Below are positions 29,050 through 37,463 of a stretch of 64,000 nt of DNA, one piece after another. Position 1 is the first letter of the stretch. Each line of letters begins with the position of its first letter. The position numbers and the translations under genes are program-made. Below the pieces are notes generated by a model. The model made no database searches and was not told where the DNA came from. It saw only the letters and a program-made list of their open reading frames with translations. The stretch comes from a virus, in IMG/VR virus record IMGVR_UViG_3300033490_000001; one strand, written 5' to 3'.

Positions 29050-29328
29050 TTAGTGTTCGTCGCAGTCACACCTAGTAAGAACAACGACCAGTCTGTGGTT
29101 CTCGGCAATCTTGACCGCTCCTGGATAGTTCGTTACTTGGTCAACTTCGCGAGCTGGACGAATTCGGAACTTGCCAACCTGCATCCGATACTCTTCTACG
29201 GTTCGGATGAATTCGCGTTCCGCAACTCTTTTCGGCAGCGGTCTGCTCTCACGAATTGGATACGCTTTGTCTTCGTGAACGCAGAAAACATCAACATGAA
29301 AGTGATACCGCTTCACTTCTTCCATCAT
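29050..29328 (-). CDS. Hypothetical early-region protein
   Basis: GGAGGTGG RBS. Confidence 0.6.
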   Translation of the reverse strand: MMEEVKRYHFHVDVFCVHEDKAYPIRESRPLPKRVAEREFIRTVEEYRMQVGKFRIRPAREVDQVTNYPGAVKIAENHRLVVVLTRCDCDEH

Positions 29329-29354
29329 ATTCTCCCACCTCCATTAAAGAATTC

Positions 29355-29406
29355 GCGCACCGCGCCCATTCTGCGAACGCGGTGCGCATCCCACATTGGT
29401 GCGATT
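29355..29406 (-). promoter_or_regulatory. Repeated early leader element, copy 2
   Basis: AATCGCACCAATGTGGGAT (18/19 identical to copy 1) plus a GCGCACCGCG/CGCGGTGCGC hairpin. Confidence 0.65.
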
Positions 29407-29458
29407 GCAGAACGAGCGGGCGCCAGCCTCTCAACGAAACCAGCGCCCGCTGAGTTCT

Positions 29459-29746
29459 CTAAGCATCCCGATGTCGCTTGAAGAAGTCTTTAGGTCTGCC
29501 TAATTCGGAAGACCAGCCAACTTCTATCATCTCAGCGATGTCGTCCTCAGTGATGACATTCTCGTAGATGAGAATCCACAGACCGTTCTCCATCCGCTCA
29601 AAGAGACGGTAGCGAATTTTCCCGCCCACCATCTTCGCAACACCTTTTCTTTCGGGAATTTTCACGCTGCGAAAAACGATGACTCGCCCTTCCTTCAAAA
29701 GCTCGAGAGCTCGCGTCCATCGCTGATACTGCCACTCAGTTAACAT
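29459..29746 (-). CDS. Hypothetical early-region protein
   Basis: RALELLKEGRVIVF; GGAGGTGA RBS. Confidence 0.6.
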   Translation of the reverse strand: MLTEWQYQRWTRALELLKEGRVIVFRSVKIPERKGVAKMVGGKIRYRLFERMENGLWILIYENVITEDDIAEMIEVGWSSELGRPKDFFKRHRDA

Positions 29747-29825
29747 CTCTCCTCACCTCCATCAGAATTTTTCGCACGGCTTTTAAATCCTCTCAAAATC
29801 CTCCATTCGCAACCCTTTGCGAACA

Positions 29826-29873
29826 AAAGAAAAAGAGCGCGACGGGCGAACCTTCTCTCAAAGCCCGTCGCGC
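29826..29873 (-). terminator. Rho-independent terminator
   Basis: 11-bp stem GCGCGACGGGC/GCCCGTCGCGC plus a T-rich tail on the - strand. Confidence 0.8.
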
Positions 29874-29883
29874 CCGAATCGCT

Positions 29884-30162
29884 TCAGAGATAGCGCTTCG
29901 CAATCTCAAGCGCTCCTTCGACGCCAAGACATTTCGCAGGGTCCTTTCTCGCGAACAAATCGCAACGAATCAAGACATCGCCATCGTAAACGCGAACGCG
30001 AATTCGTTGGACAGTGTTATTGCCAACTTCGTCCAGCGAATCTAACACCGTAGAAATGCGAACACTTCGCGTTCCCTTCGTCACCAAGTAATTGTCGCCA
30101 GAATACTCACGAATCTCAATGTCGCCAATGCGATAAATCCAACACCCATCACCGCGAACCAT
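29884..30162 (-). CDS. Hypothetical early-region protein
   Basis: GGAGGTGA RBS before ATG at 30162. Confidence 0.55.
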   Translation of the reverse strand: MVRGDGCWIYRIGDIEIREYSGDNYLVTKGTRSVRISTVLDSLDEVGNNTVQRIRVRVYDGDVLIRCDLFARKDPAKCLGVEGALEIAKRYL

Positions 30163-30358
30163 AACTCTCACCTCCATTCGCGAACATTCGCAAACGACGA
30201 ACTTCACGCTTCGCTTCTGCTTGAGAAATTTCCGCACCAAATTCACGCAACACCGCAATGAGAATCCAACCAATGAATTCCGCAAGAATTTCGTTTATCC
30301 GACGAATCACTTCAACTTCGCACAGAACCGCATCCTTCGCTACTTCCACCAACTTCAT
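30149..30358 (-). CDS. Small hypothetical protein
   Basis: GAGGTGA RBS before ATG at 30358. Confidence 0.5.
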   Translation of the reverse strand: MKLVEVAKDAVLCEVEVIRRINEILAEFIGWILIAVLREFGAEISQAEAKREVRRLRMFANGGESYGSR

Positions 30359-30363
30359 CTCTA

Positions 30364-31068
30364 TCACCTCTCCTTTCGTGGCAAGATTTCGTAAGCGTCG
30401 AACCATCGCTCGCCATCGGCAGAAATCTCAACCCTGAGACACCGCAGGCAGAATGGCGGAATGGATTTCACGAGGTCTTTCCAATCACGAATATCCACTT
30501 CGCATTCTTCAACTTCTCCATCTTTCCTGTAAACGCGAAGCATCGCAACCGACGGTCTCTCGCGAAGTAAGTCGGGCGTGAGAGTTACGCCCGACATTCG
30601 CTGAGATGGAAAAGCCAAAACCATCGTGCCTTCTGGACGAGAAACCACAACCGACTTCACTTCGTAACTGCGAACACGAACCGACGGCAATCTCTGAGCC
30701 AGCATCCTCTTCGTGCTCGGTCGACGACGAACAACAGTCTTTCTCAAATCCCAAACTGTCACCTCGTCGCCAGAGCGAACAACCGCAATCGTCTTCGTCC
30801 CACCAACAAATCTCACATCCATTGCGAAATTACCATCTGACCTGTTGAATTCTCTCTCCGCCATCCGCAGAATTTGTTCCCTGCGAAATTGGTCTAGCGT
30901 TTCCGCATCTACGAACTCATGCCTGACCAATTTCGCACGCTTCCGACTTGGAAGCGGCTTTTCGGGAAAGACCCGTCCGAGAATATCATGGATTTTCTCC
31001 TCGGTAAGACCAGCCGCCGATAACTCTTCGGCGAGATACCGCCGAAGAGCGTCCGCCGAGACTTTCAT
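30364..31068 (-). CDS. Hypothetical basic early protein
   Basis: GGAGG RBS before MKVSADAL. Confidence 0.65.
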   Translation of the reverse strand: MKVSADALRRYLAEELSAAGLTEEKIHDILGRVFPEKPLPSRKRAKLVRHEFVDAETLDQFRREQILRMAEREFNRSDGNFAMDVRFVGGTKTIAVVRSGDEVTVWDLRKTVVRRRPSTKRMLAQRLPSVRVRSYEVKSVVVSRPEGTMVLAFPSQRMSGVTLTPDLLRERPSVAMLRVYRKDGEVEECEVDIRDWKDLVKSIPPFCLRCLRVEISADGERWFDAYEILPRKER

Positions 31069-31160
31069 CGCTCTCGCCTCCTTCTCTGAGTTTTCTAATC
31101 TCATCCTTTCGCCGAGAATTCTCGGGCGCGGGCAAATTCACCCGCGCCCGAAGCGAACGC

Positions 31161-31442
31161 TTAGTCGAGAACGCGCCATTCGACGCCAGAACAAAGTAAG
31201 TTACCAATTTTGTGTTCGTCTAATGTCTCTACATTGTCTAAGAGAAGTTCGCCGTTTTCGCCGTTTTCGCCGTTTCTGTAATACAAGATTCTCACCTTAG
31301 GCGGCGATTTCTTCACGAGTGTCATTACTTCGCGATACTCCAAATTCAGATACTTCTTTCGGATGATGAATTCAATCGTTTTCCCTGCGTCCAACAACTT
31401 CAGAATTTGTTCGCGCTCCAAGACATACTGCGGATACGCCAT
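31161..31442 (-). CDS. Hypothetical early protein with NGE x3 repeat
   Basis: GGAGGG RBS; QILKLLDAGKTIEF resembles 29459-29746. Confidence 0.55.
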   Translation of the reverse strand: MAYPQYVLEREQILKLLDAGKTIEFIIRKKYLNLEYREVMTLVKKSPPKVRILYYRNGENGENGELLLDNVETLDEHKIGNLLCSGVEWRVLD

Positions 31443-31471
31443 CGCAATCCCTCCTTCGCACAAGATTTCTC

Positions 31472-31533
31472 CATCGCGGCGCAACTTGAGAAAAAACTCT
31501 CATCGCGCCGCGATATCCCACAATGGTGCGATT
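31472..31533 (-). promoter_or_regulatory. Repeated early leader element, copy 3
   Basis: AATCGCACCATTGTGGGAT identical to copy 1, followed by an ATCGCGGCGC/GCGCCGCGAT hairpin. Confidence 0.65.
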
Positions 31534-31559
31534 TCTGATTTCTTTTCTCAAGTTTCTTT

Positions 31560-32292
31560 TTCTTGGCTTGGACTTGGACTTGGACTTTTTTTTGGGCTTT
31601 GGGCTTTTGGGCTTTGACTTGGGCTTTGGGCTTTTGGGCTTTGGGCTTGGGCTTGACCTTTTGGGCTTTGGGCTTGGGCTTGGACTGGCTCACTTGGGAC
31701 TTGGGACTTTGGACTTGGCTTTGGGCTTGACTTGACCTTTGGGCTTGACTTTGGACTTGGGCTTTGGGCTTTTGACTTGACCTTTTTGGCTTTTGGGTTT
31801 TGGCTTGGCTTGACTTGGGCTTTGAACTTGGCTTGGCTTTAAATCAAACTTGGCTTGGGCTTGACTTGGCTTTTTTGTGGCTTGGGCTTGACTGGCTGGC
31901 TTGGCTTTGCCAGCCAGATAGGCTTTGGCTTGACTTTGACTTTGGCTTTGGGCTTTGTGGCTTGACTTTGGGCTTAACTGGCTCACTTGGCTTGGGCTTT
32001 TGACTTGACTTTGGGCTTGGGCTTTTGTGGCTTGGGCTTTGACTTGACTTGGCTTTGGGCTTGGCTTTTTGGCTTTGACTTGGCTTTGTAAGCCAAGCGA
32101 CCTACAAAGCCCAAATTGTCAATTTGCTTTGGCTTTGACTTTGACTTTTTTTGGCTTTTGACTTGGCTTGGCTTTTGACTTTGGCTTGGCTTTAGAACTT
32201 GGCTTTGAAAAATGCTTTGGCATAAACTTTTGAAAAAAAAGCCCAAGCCCAAACTTTGGGCTTGGGCTTGGCTTTGGGCTTGGCTTTGGCTT
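31560..32292. repeat. Low-complexity array of TTGGGC/TTGGCT/TTGACT/TTGGAC-type units (telomere-like, G4-capable)
   Basis: About 730 bp; + strand nearly devoid of A and CpG; many GGG tracts spaced by 3-5 nt. Confidence 0.95.
32233..32267 (-). terminator. Terminator built from the repeat vocabulary
   Basis: GCCCAAGCCCAAA-C-TTTGGGCTTGGGC perfect inverted repeat adjacent to A8 on + (T8 on -). Confidence 0.7.
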
Positions 32293-32848
32293 AGTCAAGT
32301 TTAGCCGCTGGCGCATTCTCGGGCTTCCTTGTGTTCCATGCCTGTGCCAAAGCCACAACTTCCGCATCCAACTTTGCCTGCGGGCTTGACCGCACAATCC
32401 TTGTCAAGATTGTCCCTACATACCACGAAAGTTTGGCTTTCTCATAATCCTTGACTTGGACTCCATACCGAGAAGCCAAGTCAAGGACCTTCGCCCATTC
32501 TGACCTTGACTTGGCTTCCGCCTGGGCTTGGGCTTGGGCTTGGACTGGCTCTTGGACTTGTGGCAAGTCAACCTGCCCTTCCACCCTAATTTGCCCATAC
32601 CTGCCATGACTTGCGTCCAATTGCCAAGTCCAACCCACTAAATTGCCCTCCTCGTCCTCCTTGATGGCAACTTGGACTTGGACTTGACTAAAGCCATCCT
32701 GCCATCCACCCAAAGCCAAAATTTGCCTAACAAATTGTGCAACCTGCGACTGAAGTGTAGCCTTCAACTCCGACCGCCTGATGACTTCCTCAATTTGCGC
32801 CTCACTAAGCCCTAAACTTTGCAACTCACCCTTCAACACTTCCAACAT
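32291..32848 (-). CDS. Hypothetical protein, first gene of the leftward early unit
   Basis: AAAGGAGGT RBS; 185 aa; codon usage strongly skewed to CAA/GTC/GCC/AAG. Confidence 0.8.
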   Translation of the reverse strand: MLEVLKGELQSLGLSEAQIEEVIRRSELKATLQSQVAQFVRQILALGGWQDGFSQVQVQVAIKEDEEGNLVGWTWQLDASHGRYGQIRVEGQVDLPQVQEPVQAQAQAQAEAKSRSEWAKVLDLASRYGVQVKDYEKAKLSWYVGTILTRIVRSSPQAKLDAEVVALAQAWNTRKPENAPAAKLD

Positions 32849-32987
32849 TTTGACCGACCTCCTTTACACTTAGAATTTCTGGCGCTCTATCTTAGCGCCG
32901 TTAACATTTTGCCCTATCCCAACGCCGATGCAACAGCCTCTGTAACCGCTTAGCGCACCTTTCTTTTCAGATTGCACGAAAGTGCTG

Positions 32988-33015
32988 TTTACTTTCGCTG
33001 AGAATCGGCTATAAT
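32988..33015 (+). promoter_or_regulatory. sigma70-type promoter of the GNAT-TGT operon
   Basis: TTTACT-16 nt-TATAAT, with CGGC immediately before the -10 box. Confidence 0.7.
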
Positions 33016-33079
33016 TTACTTTCGAGTAGCAAGCAAGCTTGTTCGGAAGCGTCGTTCCGAATTGGAGTGATATGAACCT

Positions 33080-33499
33080 ATGCGGTTCATTCGTGTCAAT
33101 GAAGCGATTGACAAGTATGGTGTAGATAGAAAGATTTTGTTGGCGTTAAAGCGGTTGGGATTTGTGGTGTTTCACGGGTTCAAGTATGTTGATGAAGAAG
33201 GTTTATCGCTGATTGTTGAGAATGAAGCGATAATGAGTGCAATTAGAGAAGTTTTAGAAAGTAAGCCTTATGTTTACTATGACCCAAAGCGGTTTCGTTC
33301 GCTTTTCAAGAAAGCGATGCTAAGGCGTGAAGGTTTGGTAGGGACAGGTGAGTTAGCGCGGATGTTTGGGCGAAGTTTCCAATGGGCGAACAACATAGCG
33401 CGTCGGAAGCTAAATTCCGTGAAGATTGGCAAAAGGCGGTTCATCAAGGTCGATGAAGTGTTCTTTGATTTCGTTGACAAGGAGATGATGAAACGGTGA
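33080..33499 (+). CDS. Tandem HTH (excisionase/MerR-like) regulator
   Basis: IRVNEAIDKYGVDRKIL and VGTGELARMFGRSFQWANN...SVKIGKRRFI. Confidence 0.7.
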   Translation: MRFIRVNEAIDKYGVDRKILLALKRLGFVVFHGFKYVDEEGLSLIVENEAIMSAIREVLESKPYVYYDPKRFRSLFKKAMLRREGLVGTGELARMFGRSFQWANNIARRKLNSVKIGKRRFIKVDEVFFDFVDKEMMKR

Positions 33500-33927
33500 A
33501 TGTTTTAGCTCGGATGGCTGAGATGGGTGATCTTGGCGAGATCAAGGAGATTGCTGATGAGTTTCGTGACGAACTTGGGTTTGTGTATGAAGCTGAGCTT
33601 GTTCGTGGCGTTCAGGATCGTAGTGTGATTGTTGCTGAAGTTGACGGAAAAGTTGTCGGGTTCAATTATTTTCGTTGCCGAAAGGACAGGAAAGCGGTGA
33701 TTTACGCTATTGCGGTAACTTCACAGTTTCAGCGGCGCGGGATAGGAAGGCTGTTGCTTAGGAAGTTCATTGATATTGCGCGACAGCGTGGGTGCGTGGA
33801 AGTTGAACTCAAGTGTCCTGCGATGCTGCTTGGTGCGAACATGTTTTACAAGCGCTGTGGTTTCAAGTTCTGTGGCATTGTAGATGGCAAGAAGCAGAAG
33901 CTTGTAATTTGGAAGCTCGTGATTTGA
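33496..33927 (+). CDS. GNAT-family N-acetyltransferase
   Basis: VVGF, IYAIAVTSQFQRRGIGRLLL (motif A), ANMFYKRCGF; GTGA-coupled to the HTH gene. Confidence 0.92.
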   Translation: MNVLARMAEMGDLGEIKEIADEFRDELGFVYEAELVRGVQDRSVIVAEVDGKVVGFNYFRCRKDRKAVIYAIAVTSQFQRRGIGRLLLRKFIDIARQRGCVEVELKCPAMLLGANMFYKRCGFKFCGIVDGKKQKLVIWKLVI

Positions 33928-33934
33928 TTGGCAA

Positions 33935-34912
33935 GTGATAGTTATGAAGTTCTACAATGGTTCATTCGACCATTTAAAGCGAGTATTTGTGCTGATGGGC
34001 AAGCTTGTGGAAGGTTATGGTGGCAAGGTTGAGGTCAATCCGTTTGAGAACATGATTGTTGCTCCGTTGTTTTATTACAGACCTATCTTGGAATTTTATC
34101 GGTGTTGGCGGTTTGGAGAGATTGGTTTGCCGCTGAGGTTAAGTTCTGTAATCATGGACAGTGGTGGCTATCAAGTGCAGACCGGCAAGATAAGTTTTGG
34201 TGCGTTGCAGGTTAGGTTGAGACGGATTTGGTTAGAGAACGATTGGGCCGATTTTTATGTTTTGCCAGACCATGTGCCGAAGACTTCAGATTTAGACTTT
34301 GAAGTCGAACGCAAGGTCAAGGACACGCTTGAAGCTGGCGAACGGTTCTTGAAATTTCTGCCCAAAGGTAAGGTTGCTATAGGTGTTGTTCATGGCAGGA
34401 ACTTGCTTCAGGTTCTCGGTTGTGTGCGCAGGTGGCAGAGGCTTGGTGTCAGGTATGTTGCGTTTGGAAGTTTTGGAACTTCCGGACCGTATGGCGGTGC
34501 GAATGTGATTTCGCAGCGTTCGTTGAAGCTTTTGAAAGCAGTTCACGATGAAGCGAGATCGTTTGGCATGGACTTACATGTATTCGGGATAAGTTACCCG
34601 TCTTATGTTCGGCTGATAGTTGAGAACGGAATTAACCCGACCTCGGTAGATAGCGTTGGCTGGTGGAAGGCTGCTCAGTATAAGCAAGTATTTTTTGATG
34701 GAGCGCCGCAACGGTGCATTTTCACGGCGCGAACTATTCAAAAGAGGGTGCTTAGTATTGATGAAATTGAATCCGAAAAGGCTAGAGTAGGGCACAGCTG
34801 TCCATTTTGCGCTCGTGCTGAGATGCTTGCTGACAAGTTCAACTTGGCGTTGCACAACTTGATTGTGACGGTTGACACAATCTCCAATCTGTGCTATGAT
34901 AGACGCGAATGA
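33935..34912 (+). CDS. tRNA-guanine transglycosylase-fold enzyme, DpdA-like candidate DNA 7-deazaguanine inserter
   Basis: IMDSGGYQ, LPDHVP, GVVHG, AFGSFG, LHVFG, VDSVGW (nucleophile Asp), HSCPFC...LHNL Zn site. Confidence 0.85.
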   Translation: MIVMKFYNGSFDHLKRVFVLMGKLVEGYGGKVEVNPFENMIVAPLFYYRPILEFYRCWRFGEIGLPLRLSSVIMDSGGYQVQTGKISFGALQVRLRRIWLENDWADFYVLPDHVPKTSDLDFEVERKVKDTLEAGERFLKFLPKGKVAIGVVHGRNLLQVLGCVRRWQRLGVRYVAFGSFGTSGPYGGANVISQRSLKLLKAVHDEARSFGMDLHVFGISYPSYVRLIVENGINPTSVDSVGWWKAAQYKQVFFDGAPQRCIFTARTIQKRVLSIDEIESEKARVGHSCPFCARAEMLADKFNLALHNLIVTVDTISNLCYDRRE

Positions 34913-34930
34913 AACTTAAAAGGAGTGTGA

Positions 34931-35695
34931 TTGGCGATGGAGATCAAAGTAGATGAGCGGTTGAAGGGTTTACTTGAGCCGTTGCAAGGTGAAGAGCTTG
35001 ATGTGCTTGTAGAAGACATTTCCAAGCGTGGCATTCAGAACCCGATAATTGTTGACCAGAACGGTTACATCATTGATGGGCACACGCGCTATCAGATCGC
35101 TCAGATTCTCGGCATCGAGAACATTCCAATCAAGCAAATTGAAGTTTCCGATGAGGACGAACGGCTTGAGCGGGCATTAGCGTTGAACTTGCAACGCAGA
35201 AAGCAAGTTCCGACAAAGCGTTTGAAAGAACTTGCGCTTGAGCTTCATTCTCGTGGCTGGGATGTAGATAGGATCGCGCGGGCGTTATCGGTTCGGAAAG
35301 AGACAGTAAAGCACTGGATCAATCCAGTTCCGCCAAAAGACGAGCCTCCCGAAGTCAAAGGTTTGATGCAGTATTGGGCTATTGGGTTTTTGGTGAAGAT
35401 TCAGGGCTGGCTTGTTGGTGCTGAGAACTCGTTTGTGCTGATAGACAGGCGTTCTGACATGGTTGTAGTTTGGTTCACCCGTGGTGAGCGAAGTTTTGAA
35501 ATTGAAGTTCGGCAAGTTGGGCGTGACGAATATGTGGTTCAAGAGTGGCTTGTGGGATCTGAGGGCGTTCGTGAGATGAAGGTTGCTGAATTTACTGGCA
35601 CGATGAACAAGTCGATTGCTTTCATGCTCAGCAGGTTGAACCTTCCATTTGTTGACCTTGACGAAATTACGCAAGCAAGTTCGGTTGCAGGTTGA
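34931..35695 (+). CDS. ParB/Srx-like N-terminal domain protein with HTH
   Basis: LLEPLQGEELDVLVEDI...GIQNPIIVD...IIDGHTRY; WDVDRIARALSVRKETV. Confidence 0.85.
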   Translation: MAMEIKVDERLKGLLEPLQGEELDVLVEDISKRGIQNPIIVDQNGYIIDGHTRYQIAQILGIENIPIKQIEVSDEDERLERALALNLQRRKQVPTKRLKELALELHSRGWDVDRIARALSVRKETVKHWINPVPPKDEPPEVKGLMQYWAIGFLVKIQGWLVGAENSFVLIDRRSDMVVVWFTRGERSFEIEVRQVGRDEYVVQEWLVGSEGVREMKVAEFTGTMNKSIAFMLSRLNLPFVDLDEITQASSVAG

Positions 35696-37350
35696 AATTT
35701 TTGGCGGGCTGTGTTATAGATATAAGCGGACAACTTTGCTACATGGACAGGAGGTTGATACGCGTGGATGATTTCTTCAAAAATGGGATGCCGTGGCAGT
35801 ATCGCTATTGGGTTCCACATCTTCGGAAAGAGCTTACTGAGAACGCGATACTGAACATTTACTGGTTCTCCAGCAAAAGTTTCACCCACTTTTACCGCAA
35901 CGGGATGCGACTTGGTGTTGCTGAAGGGTCATTGACAGAGAATCTGAAAAAGCTTGAGGAAACTGAGTTTAAGTTCATACCGCTTGTAAGGCTAACTGAG
36001 GTAAGCGCTCTTGCTAAGTTGCGTAGGAAGGATGCTTACTTGGAATTGACGAGAGGCTTTGGTATTCCTGCGTTCCCAGTTGCCGTGAGCGACAAAGCTG
36101 TTTGGTGGTTCATCTTGCCGACGAAAGGGTTCAAACTGTTCTTGCAATCGCGGAAAGTTGAAACTCACAAAGTTCTGATGAGTTTCTGGATCGAGATCAG
36201 TGAATTTCCTGATGACTACCAGCGGAAGTTACTTGCTAGGTGTGCTGCTAATGGTGTGAGGTGGTGCAAGTTTGGTGGTCATATTTTCGTGCCGATCGGT
36301 GCTATTTTCAGCGAAGTTACCCAAGATGTCATTGATTTGCACCAGATTGGACCAGCTCGCTTCAGAGATGAGAGACGGTTTGTTGCTTTAAATCTGTTCA
36401 GGGCTGAAGTGGACACTGTTTGCGATGTCGTTGACGAGATAAACTTGTCGGTTGACACGATAGTTAAGAAAGGGTTCAATTTCCTGAGGCGCAAGGTTGC
36501 CGAGATGATGACTGCAGAAGTTAGCGATGAAGACATGATGCATCGTGATGAAGCGCTGATTGAAGTTGGCGAATTAAAAAAGCACGAATTTCTGCCGAAG
36601 CTGTTCAAGCTGAATTTCAGAACGCTCGAATGGCTCGACGATATTTCGATGTATTGCGAGCACATTTGTGGGCAAGTTTTTGGTGAAAACGAACGATATT
36701 TCACTGCGTATGTCAGGATGGTTGCCAACACAAAGTCGATGTTGCATCCGTATTCGCTGAAAGGACCGATAAAGGCAAGTCCATTCGAAGATGGAGATCC
36801 CGCCGTCCGGTTGTTGTTGCTTGCGCGGCAGCAGTTGTGCTTGAGAATTTACAGACGCCATGTCATACACGCTTATAGGGTGGATGTTTACCGACAGCGA
36901 ACGATGCCAGCTGACCTGTTAGCAAAGCATGTCGGTCATGCTATTAGGTGCATAGTTGACAAGTTCGAGCGGTTATGGAGCGACGAATCTGGCAGCAAGG
37001 TTGGAGTGGGAGTATTTTTCAAGGAATCGCAAATGAGCGTGAGAGTTCCGATGCCGAGAGAAGCTTTCGAAGCTATGATGGAACGGGTCAAAAGTTACAT
37101 TGAGACTAAGTGGAACAGAGATGCCACTGTGACGCTGGCGAGGACGGTTACGAAATCGTTTGTGAAGTGGTTTGTTGAGACATTCGGCGTTGCTGGGTTC
37201 AAGGTTCTGATAGGGAGCGCCTACGACGGCACGGTTCAACGCGTCATCGAAGCGTTTAACATCGTCAAGAGAAAGATTGACGACAGTTTGCGCCACTTCA
37301 TCGAACTTGCCGAAATGATGTTGATGCTTCCACAAACAGTCCCTCGCTAA
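35692..37350 (+). CDS. Large hypothetical protein
   Basis: 552-aa ORF overlapping the ParB-like gene by 4 nt; no motif recognised. Confidence 0.7.
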   Translation: MKFLAGCVIDISGQLCYMDRRLIRVDDFFKNGMPWQYRYWVPHLRKELTENAILNIYWFSSKSFTHFYRNGMRLGVAEGSLTENLKKLEETEFKFIPLVRLTEVSALAKLRRKDAYLELTRGFGIPAFPVAVSDKAVWWFILPTKGFKLFLQSRKVETHKVLMSFWIEISEFPDDYQRKLLARCAANGVRWCKFGGHIFVPIGAIFSEVTQDVIDLHQIGPARFRDERRFVALNLFRAEVDTVCDVVDEINLSVDTIVKKGFNFLRRKVAEMMTAEVSDEDMMHRDEALIEVGELKKHEFLPKLFKLNFRTLEWLDDISMYCEHICGQVFGENERYFTAYVRMVANTKSMLHPYSLKGPIKASPFEDGDPAVRLLLLARQQLCLRIYRRHVIHAYRVDVYRQRTMPADLLAKHVGHAIRCIVDKFERLWSDESGSKVGVGVFFKESQMSVRVPMPREAFEAMMERVKSYIETKWNRDATVTLARTVTKSFVKWFVETFGVAGFKVLIGSAYDGTVQRVIEAFNIVKRKIDDSLRHFIELAEMMLMLPQTVPR

Positions 37351-37463
37351 GCCGTTCCCGCTAAGTTGCACTCCATCACAGTAAGCCACCACTAAACCGC
37401 ACTAGACATTCGTCTACTCGCAACTAAACAACACTAACAGACGCGTGTCAACTTGATATTTCC

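Noticed and set aside
31249-31275. 9-bp tandem repeat (CGCCGTTTT x3)
   Set aside because: In-frame coding microrepeat (NGE x3); no sign of a regulatory role.
31560-32292. CRISPR array
   Set aside because: Units are 5-7 nt, shuffled and contiguous; there are no constant 25-45 nt repeats with unique spacers and no cas operon.
33016-33080. preQ1 riboswitch upstream of the TGT operon
   Set aside because: Only a short TTCGGAA/TTCCGAA hairpin is present; no preQ1 aptamer consensus or A-rich 3' tail.
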